Below, piece by piece: positions 19,716 through 29,901 of a stretch of DNA of 64,000 nt. The stretch is from a virus: positions 10,146 to 74,145 of IMG/VR virus record IMGVR_UViG_3300020195_000020; one strand, 5' to 3'. Both the position numbers and the translations under genes were made by a program. Every line of letters begins with the position of its first letter. Within the stretch, counting starts at the first letter, position 1. The notes beneath the pieces were generated by a model. It saw nothing but the letters and a program-made list of their open reading frames with translations, searched no databases and was not told where the DNA came from.

Positions 19716-19955
19716 ATGTCAATGTCCATCGGAACACTGCTAACGACCCAGGAAGTCGCTGACCTGTTAGGGGTTAATACCTCTCGGGTGAGCCAGCTCG
19801 TGGGTGAGGGACGGATGCGGCCCAAGCAACGGGTCGGATCCGCAATGCTGTTTGAACGCGACGATGTGATAGCTTTCTCGAAAATACCGCGGGCGACCGG
19901 TCGCCCGAAGGATTCTGCAAAAAAAGTTCGAAGGTCTATTGCAAAGTCTAAGTGA
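19716..19955 (+). CDS. HTH_17/MerR-like DNA-binding protein (repressor or excisionase)
   Basis: LLTTQEVADLLGVNTSRVSQLVGEG...RVG...LFERDDV; divergent from int. Confidence 0.8.
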   Translation: MSMSIGTLLTTQEVADLLGVNTSRVSQLVGEGRMRPKQRVGSAMLFERDDVIAFSKIPRATGRPKDSAKKVRRSIAKSK

Positions 19956-19967
19956 GCGCTTAGACTT
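19939..19967 (+). promoter_or_regulatory. Early promoter plus perfect operator O2
   Basis: TTGCAA-16-TAGACT overlapped by AAGTCTAAG-N6-CTTAGACTT. Confidence 0.65.
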
Positions 19968-20252
19968 ATCCGCGTTGAGGCCAACCCGGCATGCAAACCG
20001 GCTGGTCTCTGAGTTTCGTTAGCGTCTCTTGCCCACCTCTGGGCATCCGACGCACTGCGTTGCGTTGGTTCTAACCGTCGGTCTAAGGGCTCCCTCATTA
20101 CGCCTTCACTCGGCGCGTGGCTCGTCGCCGCGCTTTAGTTGCCCCCACTCCCGCGGTTGGAACTTCGTTGGCTCGGTTGCCCAGGGGACCCGCATTTGTC
20201 CCCTGGGCCCCGGGTTCGTGTGGAACCGTCAACCGCTTGGAGGACTGCGCCA

Positions 20253-20579
20253 ATGGTTAGCTTTGAGGCGACTCCCGAGGAATTTCAGGCGATGCGCGCG
20301 ATTGCCGTGCGATCGCGGAAGGTACTGACCGGCGAAAACGCCCGGTATGGCGACACGGCCATGGACCTGTCCGCCTGCCACGCCAACGGATGCCCGTTGG
20401 ATTTTGAGAAGTTGCTCGCCGCTCCCGACTTCGACTTCATCCATGACGTGCTGGGCATTCGTCGCCACCTCGATCGGGCGACGGGCAATCTGATGGATTG
20501 CTTTGTGCCGCGGTGCGCCAAGCCGGAGAAGCCGACGCGTGTCCGCCGCCGCCCGTCTCGATCCAAGGTTTCCTCGTGA
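20253..20579 (+). CDS. DUF6874-like phage protein
   Basis: MDLSACHANGCPLDFEKLLAAPDFDFIHDVLGIRRHLDRATG.L.DCFVPR; SD GGAGG. Confidence 0.7.
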   Translation: MVSFEATPEEFQAMRAIAVRSRKVLTGENARYGDTAMDLSACHANGCPLDFEKLLAAPDFDFIHDVLGIRRHLDRATGNLMDCFVPRCAKPEKPTRVRRRPSRSKVSS

Positions 20580-20594
20580 TTCTGGGATTAGATC

Positions 20595-20771
20595 ATGGCC
20601 AAAGTGAGCACCTCCTACGCCAAAGTCGTTGAGCACCTCGAGGAGGCCCGCTCGGTGATTGATGGTGAGGTGGATTGCGAATCGCCCGAATACCGCGCGT
20701 TGGACGAGCTCCACCGTGCGGTCGACGAGCTGCATACGGTCGTCGGGTTGATCGTCAGGGAAAACAAGTAG
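20595..20771 (+). CDS. Small helical protein (58 aa, below ORF track cutoff)
   Basis: MAKVSTSYAKVVEHLEEARSVIDG...RENK, read by hand; phage-like codon use. Confidence 0.45.
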   Translation: MAKVSTSYAKVVEHLEEARSVIDGEVDCESPEYRALDELHRAVDELHTVVGLIVRENK

Positions 20772-20840
20772 GACCAGGTCGGCAGGATTCTTTCGAGCAA
20801 GGAACGCGGGAGCCGGTACGCCGGCCATGGATACGACGCC

Positions 20841-21146
20841 ATGCACTCGACTCAGCAGTTTCTCAATTTCGAAGGAGCGATTCCCCTGGCCCGCGCGACC
20901 GACCATGAGTCGAGCCACGCGGCGGCCGAGCGGAAGGAATCCAGCGGCTGCGCCAAGCAAGACCGGGTGCGGGTGCTGGAATCCCTGCGGAAACTCGGCA
21001 AAGCGGTGACCAGCAAGCAACTCGCGGCCGTGATGGGCGTCGACCGGTACATGACCGCCAGGCGGTTACCGGACCTGGCCAAGATGGGCCTCGTGAAGTG
21101 CGAGGCCTACGAAGGCCGCGAGCTGATGTGGAGTGCGAAGGAGTAG
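20841..21146 (+). CDS. Winged-helix DNA-binding protein
   Basis: ARATDHESSHAAA...TSKQLAAVMGVDRYMTARRLPDLAKMGLV. Confidence 0.7.
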   Translation: MHSTQQFLNFEGAIPLARATDHESSHAAAERKESSGCAKQDRVRVLESLRKLGKAVTSKQLAAVMGVDRYMTARRLPDLAKMGLVKCEAYEGRELMWSAKE

Positions 21147-21210
21147 GGGCCGGCGAACGATTCGCCCGCCAGGACAGGAAGTTTCAATACCGTCAGAGAA
21201 GGAGCGCGTG

Positions 21211-21393
21211 ATGCTGGTTCTATCCAGGAAAAAGAACGAATCGATCGTGATCAATAGCGACATCACGATCACGGTCGTCGAAATCCGCGGTGACAAGGTC
21301 CGCCTCGGCATCGAGGCACCCAAGGACATTCCCGTTCACCGCCGCGAAGTGAAGGACGCGATCGATCGCGAGATCGCCGCCCACAAAACGTAA
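21211..21393 (+). CDS. csrA: Carbon storage regulator CsrA/RsmA homologue
   Basis: MLVLSRKKNESIVINSDITITVVEIRGDKVRLGIEAPKDIPVHRREV; SD AAGGAG. Confidence 0.95.
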   Translation: MLVLSRKKNESIVINSDITITVVEIRGDKVRLGIEAPKDIPVHRREVKDAIDREIAAHKT

Positions 21394-21544
21394 GCCAGTA
21401 TGTGCCGGCCCGCGCGCGATTCTTGCCTGATCTCGCCGCGGGGCTGACGCAACCCAGGGAACCGGGTTGCTCTCACGGTGCCGGGTGAAACAGGACTGTT
21501 GATCCCGGCGACTTTTTACAAACCATCCAGACACGGGGGCGATT

Positions 21545-22489
21545 ATGGCCAAGCGAGCGAAGAAGGACGACAGCGAGCGCAAAAAGAAAAAGGTTTCGAT
21601 CAAGTCACTCGATCGCAAGCCGGAAAAGAAGGGCGACCCACAGCCGCATGCCTATCGAATCCTCGACTTCCTGCTCGAGGAGAAGCACTCAGACCTGATC
21701 AAGGCCGAGGCGCGGATTGCGATCGCCTACCAAATGTCCGCCATTCGCGAGGACATGGATGGCACGATGGGGTTCGGCAAGGTCAAGCTGGGCAGCGATC
21801 TCGATCGAGCCTACGCCGATTACGACTTCGTGTTCATCATCCCCCACGAGCTGTGGCAGCATAGCGACGAGTACCGTCGCCACGCGATCATCGACTACCA
21901 CCTGTGCGCCTGCGCCATTCGCAAGGGGCCCAGTGGCGAAGACCAGGTCGATGATGAAGACCGGACCGTGTTCCGCGTCCGCAAGCCGATCAAGGTCTTC
22001 CCAGAGAACGTCGGCCGGTATGGGCTCTGGCAGAGTGAAAGCGTGCTGGACGCTGTCAAGCGTTACAACGACAGCCGGCGACCGCTGCTTCCCGATGATC
22101 GTCCGCGGGCCCATTCGTTCAGCGAGGGCGCTCCCAAATCGCCCAGCGAGACCAGCACCACCACGCCCGACGGCATTGCTGCCAACGACCCCGACGCCGA
22201 AGTCGACAAGGTCAACGGCAAAGCCCATACCAACGGCCACGGCGGCGCCTGGAAGGCGATCAGGGTCGAGCTGCTCGGCGATGTGCCGGCTCCGTTGCTC
22301 AAGTCGTTGCACTCGGCTGGTCTGCCGACGCTGGGCATGATCGCCCAGTTTGAAGAGTCGAACGGCCGCGAGGCGTTCAATGACTTGAAGGGCATGGGCG
22401 AAGGTCGGGCCAACATGCTCCGCGAGCTGATGGCCGATCATCGCAACGCGAACCCCAAGCTGTATCCCGAGTTGGCCGCGGCCAACTGA
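21545..22489 (+). CDS. Phage putative metallopeptidase-like domain plus C-terminal HhH-like domain
   Basis: GKVKL...DYDFVFII..ELW....RHAIIDYHLCAC...VGRYGLW; C-terminal DLKGMGEGRA. Confidence 0.5.
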   Translation: MAKRAKKDDSERKKKKVSIKSLDRKPEKKGDPQPHAYRILDFLLEEKHSDLIKAEARIAIAYQMSAIREDMDGTMGFGKVKLGSDLDRAYADYDFVFIIPHELWQHSDEYRRHAIIDYHLCACAIRKGPSGEDQVDDEDRTVFRVRKPIKVFPENVGRYGLWQSESVLDAVKRYNDSRRPLLPDDRPRAHSFSEGAPKSPSETSTTTPDGIAANDPDAEVDKVNGKAHTNGHGGAWKAIRVELLGDVPAPLLKSLHSAGLPTLGMIAQFEESNGREAFNDLKGMGEGRANMLRELMADHRNANPKLYPELAAAN

Positions 22490-22595
22490 GCGTATCGAGA
22501 GGCCCCGTTGGCGTCGGACCGGTTTCTATTCACCCGGCTTAAACCCGACGCCAACGGCTCTTTTCTGCCAACCGTCACACGAGGGACTACCGAAC

Positions 22596-23144
22596 ATGCA
22601 ATCTGGCAACACCGCGGCGCCGCTCCGGATGGTCGAGCTGCGCAATATCGAGATCTTCGATATTCCAGAAATCCGCCGCATACACCGGCTGTGCTTCGAG
22701 TCGATCACGTCCGAAGCCGAGCTCATGACCGAGCTCGCGGCGCCCAACCGCTGCTGCATCGCTCTCGATGAGCCGGCCCCGCGGCTGACCCTTTCCATGC
22801 GGGGCTTCCTGGTCTTCGCCCACACGCCCAACGTGCTGACGATCACGGCCATGGCTGTCTCGCCCGAATATCAGCGGGCTGGCTACGGCGCCATGCTGGT
22901 CGGCCACCTGATGCACGCGCTGGCCGAGGGAACCTGGTCGCGGATCGAGGCCTATGTGCGCGAGAGCAACGACCGCGGGGCCTTGTTCCTGCAGCGGCTG
23001 GGGTTCCGCGCGGCCCGACTGATTCCCGGGCACTTTGCCAACCCGGTGGAAGACGCCTACCGGATGGTCTATCGCAAGCCGGCCGTGGTGAAACCGGTGG
23101 TCCGGCCCGCCGACGATGCCTGCGGAGAGGAGGGCGGTTCGTGA
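22596..23144 (+). CDS. GNAT acetyltransferase (RimI-like)
   Basis: MAVSPEYQRAGYGAMLV (motif A); VRESNDRGALFLQRLGF; EDAYRM. Confidence 0.85.
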   Translation: MQSGNTAAPLRMVELRNIEIFDIPEIRRIHRLCFESITSEAELMTELAAPNRCCIALDEPAPRLTLSMRGFLVFAHTPNVLTITAMAVSPEYQRAGYGAMLVGHLMHALAEGTWSRIEAYVRESNDRGALFLQRLGFRAARLIPGHFANPVEDAYRMVYRKPAVVKPVVRPADDACGEEGGS

Positions 23145-23443
23145 GCGAATACTTTGTCGCACCTGCCGACGACCTGTCCGACCAGGTGCACCTCGACGAG
23201 CTCGCCGACAAGCTCCGCGCGTGTGCGAACACCCGCGAAGTGATTCGGGTTCGCGACGAGTACCTGGGCAGCAAGACCCCGCTCAAGCGGAAGCGGGCGA
23301 TCGACTATGCCCGCGATCTCTGTTGGGAGCGTAGCCACACTCTGTTTCCGCCGCCGGCCATCGGCACCCCCGGAAAGGCTGCCGCCGATGCCGCCCTGGC
23401 CAATCGTGAACAACTAGCGCGTGAACAGGAGCCCCGATCGTGA
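23141..23443 (+). CDS. Hypothetical protein
   Basis: 100 aa, GTGA-coupled on both sides. Confidence 0.5.
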   Translation: MSEYFVAPADDLSDQVHLDELADKLRACANTREVIRVRDEYLGSKTPLKRKRAIDYARDLCWERSHTLFPPPAIGTPGKAAADAALANREQLAREQEPRS

Positions 23444-24564
23444 GCACCGATACGAATACCGCCGTCGACAACCCTGACGCCGAGCCGGCCGACGATCTAA
23501 TCGTGCAACCCAAGCCGGAGTTTGCGTTGTCGGCGGAGCTGGAAGACCAGGCCAGCAAGATCGACGCGATCGTCGAAAACTGCGGGCTGGTTGCCGCCGG
23601 AGAAGTGGAGACGTTCGGCCGGGCATTGCGGCTGGCGCGCGGCATGAACCAACTCCGCGAAGTCATGAGCGGGCCGATCCTGCAGGAGCTGATGGCTCTC
23701 AAGGGCAACGTCCTGGGGTTCCGGACCGATCGCGACAAGCTCTCCGAGGAAGACCTGCGCAAGGGGAAGCGGCCTTACGACGACGACGAGATCCGCGACG
23801 CGCTCTGCGTCGGCCTGCTGAAAGGGGCTCATGCCACCAACGACGAGATCAACGTCATTGGCGGCAACTGCTACCTGACCAAGTCGTATTACACCCGCCG
23901 CATTTTGGAACTTCCCGAGCTGACCGAGCTGGCGGTGCTGCCCGGCGCGATCATGTTCAACTCGGACGGGTCTGTCGCCTATGTGACGATCGAAGCCAGT
24001 TGGAAATATCGCGGCGTGGCGGATCGCATCTTGCGCACCCGCGGCAAAGACGAGAAGGGTATTGACTATGACCATCGCATCCAAATCCGCGTCAACCGCG
24101 GCCAGGGTCCTGACGCCGTGCTGGGCAAGGCGGAAAAGAAGGTCCTGGCGGCAATCTGGAGGCTCGTGACCGGGCGACGCCTGGAGCAAGACGCCGACTT
24201 CGACCCACCGCACGACGACAGTGTCGTCGACGCGCCCAGCACTCAGGGGTCGGAGTCGCAAATCGTCCCGGACAACCGCGGGACCTATTCCCAGGATGTC
24301 ACCGAATCGGATGAATTCGGCGAAGGCAATCCGCACTACGAGGTGCTGATGCAATACGGCCAGATGCTCGACCTGGCACCCGAGAGCGAGCGGCCGATCG
24401 TGGCTGCTGGCAAGGCCCGGGCGTGGGCCAGAGACAAGGCCAAAGGTGCCCCGCCGGCCGTGATCTTCAAGATCGACGAAATGCACGACGAGTGCGTGAA
24501 ATTGCTCCGCGAACGGAAGCGCGCACCCGTCGAAAACCAAGCGCAGGGAGCCAACAAACAGTGA
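23440..24564 (+). CDS. Putative single-strand annealing/recombination protein
   Basis: 374 aa; globular core followed by acidic disordered linker; INVIGGNCYLTK and DAVLGKAEKK segments; early-region position. Confidence 0.35.
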   Translation: MSTDTNTAVDNPDAEPADDLIVQPKPEFALSAELEDQASKIDAIVENCGLVAAGEVETFGRALRLARGMNQLREVMSGPILQELMALKGNVLGFRTDRDKLSEEDLRKGKRPYDDDEIRDALCVGLLKGAHATNDEINVIGGNCYLTKSYYTRRILELPELTELAVLPGAIMFNSDGSVAYVTIEASWKYRGVADRILRTRGKDEKGIDYDHRIQIRVNRGQGPDAVLGKAEKKVLAAIWRLVTGRRLEQDADFDPPHDDSVVDAPSTQGSESQIVPDNRGTYSQDVTESDEFGEGNPHYEVLMQYGQMLDLAPESERPIVAAGKARAWARDKAKGAPPAVIFKIDEMHDECVKLLRERKRAPVENQAQGANKQ

Positions 24565-25127
24565 TTGAAACCATCTATCTCGATATGGACGGCGTGCTGG
24601 TCGACTTCGAACGGTCGGCCTGCCGCGAGCACGGGCTCTATGTGGACGAGGTTTACACCCGTCCGGGCTTGCTGGGCTCCTATCCGCTCTCTGCAGGGCT
24701 GAACATGACGCCCGAGGATTTTTGGGAGCCGATCCACCTGGCCGGCGCCAGCTTCTGGACCGACCTGCCCATGTACCCCTGGGCTCCGATGCTGATCGAG
24801 CGGTGCCGCGACATCGCGGAGACCGTGATTCTGAGCACGCCATGTGATCATCCCGGCAGTGCGGCCGGCAAGCTGGCCTGGCTGCATACGCAATTCGGGC
24901 CCAACTTCCGCGACTACATGCTGGGTTGGAAGAAGGAGCTGCTGGCCCGCGAGGCCACGCTACTGATCGACGACCACGAGGAAAACTGTGAAGCCTTCGC
25001 CAAGCGAGGGCAGTCAATTTTATTTCCCGGCCGCTGCAACAAGCTCCACGCGGATCGGGCCAATCCCTGTCCGCGAGTGCTGGCGTTGCTCGATCGCCTC
25101 ACCCGAGGCGAACGATTGGCCGGCTGA
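24561..25127 (+). CDS. HAD-family 5'(3')-deoxyribonucleotidase (NT5C-like)
   Basis: IYLDMDGVLVDF; ILSTP; GKLAWL; LLIDDHEEN. Confidence 0.85.
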   Translation: MIETIYLDMDGVLVDFERSACREHGLYVDEVYTRPGLLGSYPLSAGLNMTPEDFWEPIHLAGASFWTDLPMYPWAPMLIERCRDIAETVILSTPCDHPGSAAGKLAWLHTQFGPNFRDYMLGWKKELLAREATLLIDDHEENCEAFAKRGQSILFPGRCNKLHADRANPCPRVLALLDRLTRGERLAG

Positions 25128-25205
25128 ACAAGCGCGGTGGCCCGTGACGCGAGTTGGCTCGTCGTCAACCGCGTCGCGGGCTGCTTTTAACAAGATCGAA
25201 TCTCG

Positions 25206-27011
25206 ATGTTCAAAATTGCCGACAAACTGTCGCTCCCGCGGGAAGCTCTGACGCAGAAGTTTGCGTTCTTGGGGCGCTCTGGCTCTGGCAAGAGCACCGC
25301 GGCCACCGACCTGGCCGAAGAGTTCTTGGAGCACAACTATCCGATCGCCTGGATCGATCCGACCGGCGTCGCCTGGGGATTGCAGAGCAGCGCCGATGGC
25401 AAGCGGCCCGGCTACCCGGTCGTGATCTTCGGCGGCGAACATGCACACTTGCCACTCGAGGCCACCGCCGGCCGCGTCGTGGCCGACTTCGTGGTCAAGG
25501 AGCGGATGCCGACGATCTTGGACACGTCGCTGCTGGGCGAGAACGACATGAAGCGGCTGGTGGGCGACTTTGTCGACCAGCTCTACCGGACCAACCGCGA
25601 TGCTCTGCACCTGTTCGTCGACGAGGCCGATGAGTTTGCACCGCAGGGCGCCGCCGGCGGCCCGGCCGCCAAGTGCCACGGCGCCATGCAAAACGTCGTC
25701 CGCCGCGGGCGGGCCAAGGGGATCGGCGTGACGCTGATCACCCAACGGTCGGCCGTGATCGACAAGTCGATCCTCTATCAAACCGAGTGCCTGGTGGCGA
25801 TGCAGCTCACCGGACCACTGGACCAGAAGGCGGTCGAGGGCTGGATCAAATATCACGGCAGCACCGACGAGCGGGACCAGCTCATGCGGTCGCTGGCCAA
25901 GCTACCGCGCGGCGAGGGCTGGGTTTCGAGCCCTTCGTGGCTGCAAATCATTGAGCGGGTGAAGTTTAGGGCCGCGCGGACGTTTGATAGTCGACGCACC
26001 CCCGAGGCCGGCAAACCCAAGCCGCTGCCCAAGCGGATCGCAGACGTCGATCTGTCGCGGGTCGAGTCGCAGATGGCCGCCACGGTCCAGGCCGCCAAGG
26101 ACAACGACCCCAGGCTGCTCAAGGCAGAGATCGCGGCCCTGAAAAAGCAATTGGCTGCCAAGCCGGCTCCCCAGCCGGCGCCGGCGCCCGAGATCAAGAC
26201 CGTCGAAGTGCCAATGCTGACCGCTGCCGAGCGGAAGGTGCTGGAGCGGGTTGCTGATCGGCTGGAGAAGGTGCACGAGGTGACCAAGGCGTTCCGTGAT
26301 CTGACCAAGGTTATGGACGACCGGCACGCGACCGCGCAGCGCGAGTCGAATCTGCAGCGGCCTATCTCGACCAAGTTCAACGGCGATTTAGTCCACACGG
26401 GTCGGCTCATGAGCGAAAAACGACCCTTTGCGACTGGCCTAGTTTCGCCGGCGAACACGGTAGGTAGTCCACCGCGGCCGGCGGCCCGTGATCACGAGCC
26501 TGCCGAAGGGGTCTCGGCCCCGCAGCAACGGATCCTCGACGCGCTGGCCTGGTTGGAGTCGGCCGGAATTCACAACCCGACCGGCGTTCAGCTCGGCCCG
26601 GTCGCGATGATCGATTGCTCCGGTGGCTACTTCTCCAACCTGGCAGGCTCACTTTCGAGTGCTGGCCTGATCCAACGCGGCCGCGGAACGACGCAACTCA
26701 CCACTGCCGGCCGTGCCATGGCCAACAAGCCAGAAGCGCCGCCGACGTTGGCGGATTTTCACGAGTCGCTGCGGACACGCATTCGCCAGCTCAAGTCGGC
26801 TGGCGGCAAGACGATCGAAGTCCTGAACGTGATCATCGCCAACCGCGGGCGGACGCTGACCAGCGAACAGCTCGGGGCCGCGATCGGCGTCGACCATACG
26901 GGCGGCTACTTCTCGAACCTGATTGGCCCGCTGGGAGGCCTCGGGCTGATCGAGCGGTCGCGGGGCGAGGTGACGGCGACTGAGCTGCTATTTCCCGAGG
27001 GGCTGCAATGA
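25206..27011 (+). CDS. HerA/DUF87-like P-loop ATPase with duplicated C-terminal winged-helix
   Basis: Walker A GRSGSGKS; WIDPTG; Walker B LFVDEA; RRGRAKGIGVTLITQRSA; two GGYFSNL repeats. Confidence 0.85.
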   Translation: MFKIADKLSLPREALTQKFAFLGRSGSGKSTAATDLAEEFLEHNYPIAWIDPTGVAWGLQSSADGKRPGYPVVIFGGEHAHLPLEATAGRVVADFVVKERMPTILDTSLLGENDMKRLVGDFVDQLYRTNRDALHLFVDEADEFAPQGAAGGPAAKCHGAMQNVVRRGRAKGIGVTLITQRSAVIDKSILYQTECLVAMQLTGPLDQKAVEGWIKYHGSTDERDQLMRSLAKLPRGEGWVSSPSWLQIIERVKFRAARTFDSRRTPEAGKPKPLPKRIADVDLSRVESQMAATVQAAKDNDPRLLKAEIAALKKQLAAKPAPQPAPAPEIKTVEVPMLTAAERKVLERVADRLEKVHEVTKAFRDLTKVMDDRHATAQRESNLQRPISTKFNGDLVHTGRLMSEKRPFATGLVSPANTVGSPPRPAARDHEPAEGVSAPQQRILDALAWLESAGIHNPTGVQLGPVAMIDCSGGYFSNLAGSLSSAGLIQRGRGTTQLTTAGRAMANKPEAPPTLADFHESLRTRIRQLKSAGGKTIEVLNVIIANRGRTLTSEQLGAAIGVDHTGGYFSNLIGPLGGLGLIERSRGEVTATELLFPEGLQ

Positions 27012-27703
27012 CCAAACCGCTCTACCAAATCCTGGGCGCCAGCGAGACCGACGACCCGGCGACTATCGCCGCGGCCTATCGTCGGCTCTCGAAGAGGTTC
27101 CACCCCGACAAGAATCCGGGCGACGATGCCGCGGCCGAGCACTTCAAACAAATCGCCGAGGCCTTCGAGATCTTGAACGACCCGGGGCGGCGGGCCGGGT
27201 ACGACCGCACCGGTGAGATTCCCCACTCGACCGAGCAAGCCGACCGCCGCGAGGCTTTGCGGGTGCTGCAAAGCGTGATCCACCAGATCGTTGGCAAGGA
27301 CCTGAAGCACGGGGTCAGAACCATCCAGCGAAAGCTGCTGGTGGACGTCGGCGAAGTGCTCGATGGCGCGATTGAACACATCGAACACGACCTGGACAAG
27401 ATGCGCCGTGCCCAGACCCGGCTCGAAGAAGTCGCCGGCCGCATTTCATCACAGGACGGCCAAGAGAATCTGCTCGCCGCTCTCACTCTGGAGCCGGTCA
27501 AGAAGATCGAGGCCGACATCGAACAGAGCCAGCGCTATCTGGCAATCCACAAGTTGGCCTGGGAGATCCTCAGGCAATTCAACTTCCGCTCGGACGCCCC
27601 GGCCGCGTCGGTCTGGGCAACTGGCAGGCAGGCGCGAGGGTTCATGCCTGACAGCGCCAACTGGCGGGAATTCGTAAGTGGCGATTTCGGTTGGGGAGAT
27701 TGA
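27008..27703 (+). CDS. J-domain (DnaJ-like) protein
   Basis: LYQILG...AYRRLSKRFHPDKNPGD...FKQIAEAFEILNDP.RR..YD. Confidence 0.9.
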   Translation: MTKPLYQILGASETDDPATIAAAYRRLSKRFHPDKNPGDDAAAEHFKQIAEAFEILNDPGRRAGYDRTGEIPHSTEQADRREALRVLQSVIHQIVGKDLKHGVRTIQRKLLVDVGEVLDGAIEHIEHDLDKMRRAQTRLEEVAGRISSQDGQENLLAALTLEPVKKIEADIEQSQRYLAIHKLAWEILRQFNFRSDAPAASVWATGRQARGFMPDSANWREFVSGDFGWGD

Positions 27704-27707
27704 TCAG

Positions 27708-28384
27708 ATGCCCAAAAAACCCAAATGCCCGCAGTGCAAGCGGCCCGGCAAGAAGGTCTCGGATCGGCGGTACAAGTGCCCGATTCACGGCTATTTCGAC
27801 GACATGCCGAACGAGGGCGGCGACTACGCGGCCAATCCGGCCAAACGCATCGAGCGCCGCGAGGAGCTGGACGAGGCCCGCAAATTCAACGATCGCCGGA
27901 TGGGGAGAAGTTAGCTCAATGGAGGTTTGCCTACGCACCGGGAAAGTTCGGCACAAGACCAAAGCCAAGGCACACAGGGCGCTGCGGAGTTTGAAGCTGC
28001 GCACGAGTCGGGACTATCAGGGCGAGGCCTACCGCTGCCAGATCTGCGGCGATTGGCATTTTGGCAAACAGCGGCCCAAGGCTCGCTAGGAGGAATTGCC
28101 GAGCGATGGGACACCAAGAGATCGAGCTCACGCTGGAGGAGTTCAAGCTGCTATTCGAGCTGCGGGGAATTCCGCAGCGAAACAGTCATTTCATGTACGT
28201 GCACGGCGAGGAGCGAATTGCGGTGGCTGCCGGCCTGGTCAAGCGCGGACTCTTGGAGGAAAGCGAAGGCCTGGAGAAAGGCGATCGGACGTTTCGGCTC
28301 AACAAGCCAGGTCGTGAGGCGCTTAAGACCGAATGGCTGGAGCGCGGCGCGCCCAACTACAAGGACATCTTTGGGGACAAGTGA
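27708..28384 (+). CDS. Three small genes (27708-27914 Zn finger; 27919-28089 C..YRC..C..WH Zn finger; 28106-28384 wHTH-like)
   Basis: CPQC..CPIH; YRCQICGDWH; LVKRGLLE...FRLNKPGREAL; SDs present. Confidence 0.55.
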
Positions 28385-29505
28385 TGGGCGAGAACAGCAA
28401 AATTCAGTGGACCGATCACACGTTTAACCCGTGGCGTGGTTGTACGCACGCGACGCTGGCCGATGGGACAGCTCACCCGGGTTGTGAGCACTGCTATGCC
28501 GAGACGATGAGCAAGCGGAATCCGCAGGCGCTGGGCAAGTGGGGGCGTGACGGCGTGCGGGTCGTCGGTGCGCCTGCCTATTGGAAACTGCCGCTCAAGT
28601 GGAACGCCGCGGCCGAGAAGGAAGTCGTGCGCAAGCGGGTGTTCTGCGCCAGCCTGGCCGACGTGTTCGAGGACTGGCCAACTCTGCTGAATGATCATCG
28701 TGGGTGTATCCTTTCTTCGTGCCGCGAGTGTGGAAAGATCTTTGCAAAAGGTGCTGATCCCGCTTGCGAATGCCACCCCCGAGAGCATGACATTTGTCGC
28801 CTCGCCGACGTGCGTCTCAAGCTGTTTCGTCTTATCGACGCAACCCCCTGGCTCGACTGGCTGCTGCTGACCAAGCGACCCGGCAACATTCGCCGCATGC
28901 TGATGCCGTGGCTGCGAGACCGCATGGGTGCCGGCCGCGAATCTCCGGACGATGCCTGGAAACAGGGCTTGCCGCTCAACAACGTCTGGCTGCTGACCAG
29001 CGTGAGCGATCAGGCCACCGCCGACGCTCTCGTGCCCGAGTTGCTCAGGTGCCGCCACTTGGTGCCAGTACTTGGGCTCTCTGCCGAACCGCTCTTGGGA
29101 CCGATCAATCTCCAACGGACCAACGTGATCTGGTTCGACAAGACGGATGGAGCACCCGTCGAGTACATCGGCAACGCGCTCAACGGACATATTCCCTTCA
29201 ACCGAAGCGGCCACCCCGATAGCTCGCTGGTTGGCGCGCACTTGGATCTGATCATCGCCGGCGGCGAAAGCGGCGGCCATGCGCGGCCCATGCAGCCCGA
29301 GTGGGCCAGGTCGCTCCGCGATCAGTGTCAGTCCGCCGGCACGGCCTTTTTCTTCAAGCAATGGGGCGAGTGGCGCCCGCCGGAGATCGGCGAAGACGTT
29401 TACGGCGCGATCCCCAGACTGAGCAAAGTCGGCAAGTCCCGGGCCGGGCGCCTGCTGGACGGCGTCGAACACAACGGCATGCCCGAACCGGCGAGGGCCC
29501 ATTGA
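28384..29505 (+). CDS. Phage gp37/gp68 (DUF5131) protein
   Basis: SKIQWTDHTFNPWRGC...GCEHCYAE; VFCASLADVF; LLTKRP; SAEPLLGP; GGESG..ARPM; FFFKQWG. Confidence 0.92.
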   Translation: MGENSKIQWTDHTFNPWRGCTHATLADGTAHPGCEHCYAETMSKRNPQALGKWGRDGVRVVGAPAYWKLPLKWNAAAEKEVVRKRVFCASLADVFEDWPTLLNDHRGCILSSCRECGKIFAKGADPACECHPREHDICRLADVRLKLFRLIDATPWLDWLLLTKRPGNIRRMLMPWLRDRMGAGRESPDDAWKQGLPLNNVWLLTSVSDQATADALVPELLRCRHLVPVLGLSAEPLLGPINLQRTNVIWFDKTDGAPVEYIGNALNGHIPFNRSGHPDSSLVGAHLDLIIAGGESGGHARPMQPEWARSLRDQCQSAGTAFFFKQWGEWRPPEIGEDVYGAIPRLSKVGKSRAGRLLDGVEHNGMPEPARAH

Positions 29506-29861
29506 TGCCGCGGAACATGAGCTTCGCCCTGACCACCGAGCAAATTCGCGATCGGTCCAAGACCGAAACGCGGCGAGTCGGCTGGGGCCGCCTGCGGCCC
29601 GGCGAACAGTTTTGGGCGGTCGTGAAGGCCCAGGGTCTCAAGAAGGGCGAGAAGATCGAGCGTATCGCCCTGCTCGAGTGTGTGACCAATAACCGCGAGT
29701 GGCTGACCGCGATGACGCCGGCGGCCTGCAGGCGTGAAGGCTTCCCGGACATGACACCCGCCGAGTTCATCGAAATGTTTTGCCGGAACATGAACATCGG
29801 CCAGCAGCGTGAGATCAACGTGATCCGTTTCAAGTACATCGACGGGCCGCCGGCGCCCTGA
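29505..29861 (+). CDS. ASCH/PUA-domain protein
   Basis: MSFALTTEQIRDRSKTETRR.GW...REGF...FIEMF. Confidence 0.75.
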   Translation: MPRNMSFALTTEQIRDRSKTETRRVGWGRLRPGEQFWAVVKAQGLKKGEKIERIALLECVTNNREWLTAMTPAACRREGFPDMTPAEFIEMFCRNMNIGQQREINVIRFKYIDGPPAP

Positions 29862-29901
29862 CTACGAACCACTAACCCCTGACCACGATACGGAGATTCC
29901 C

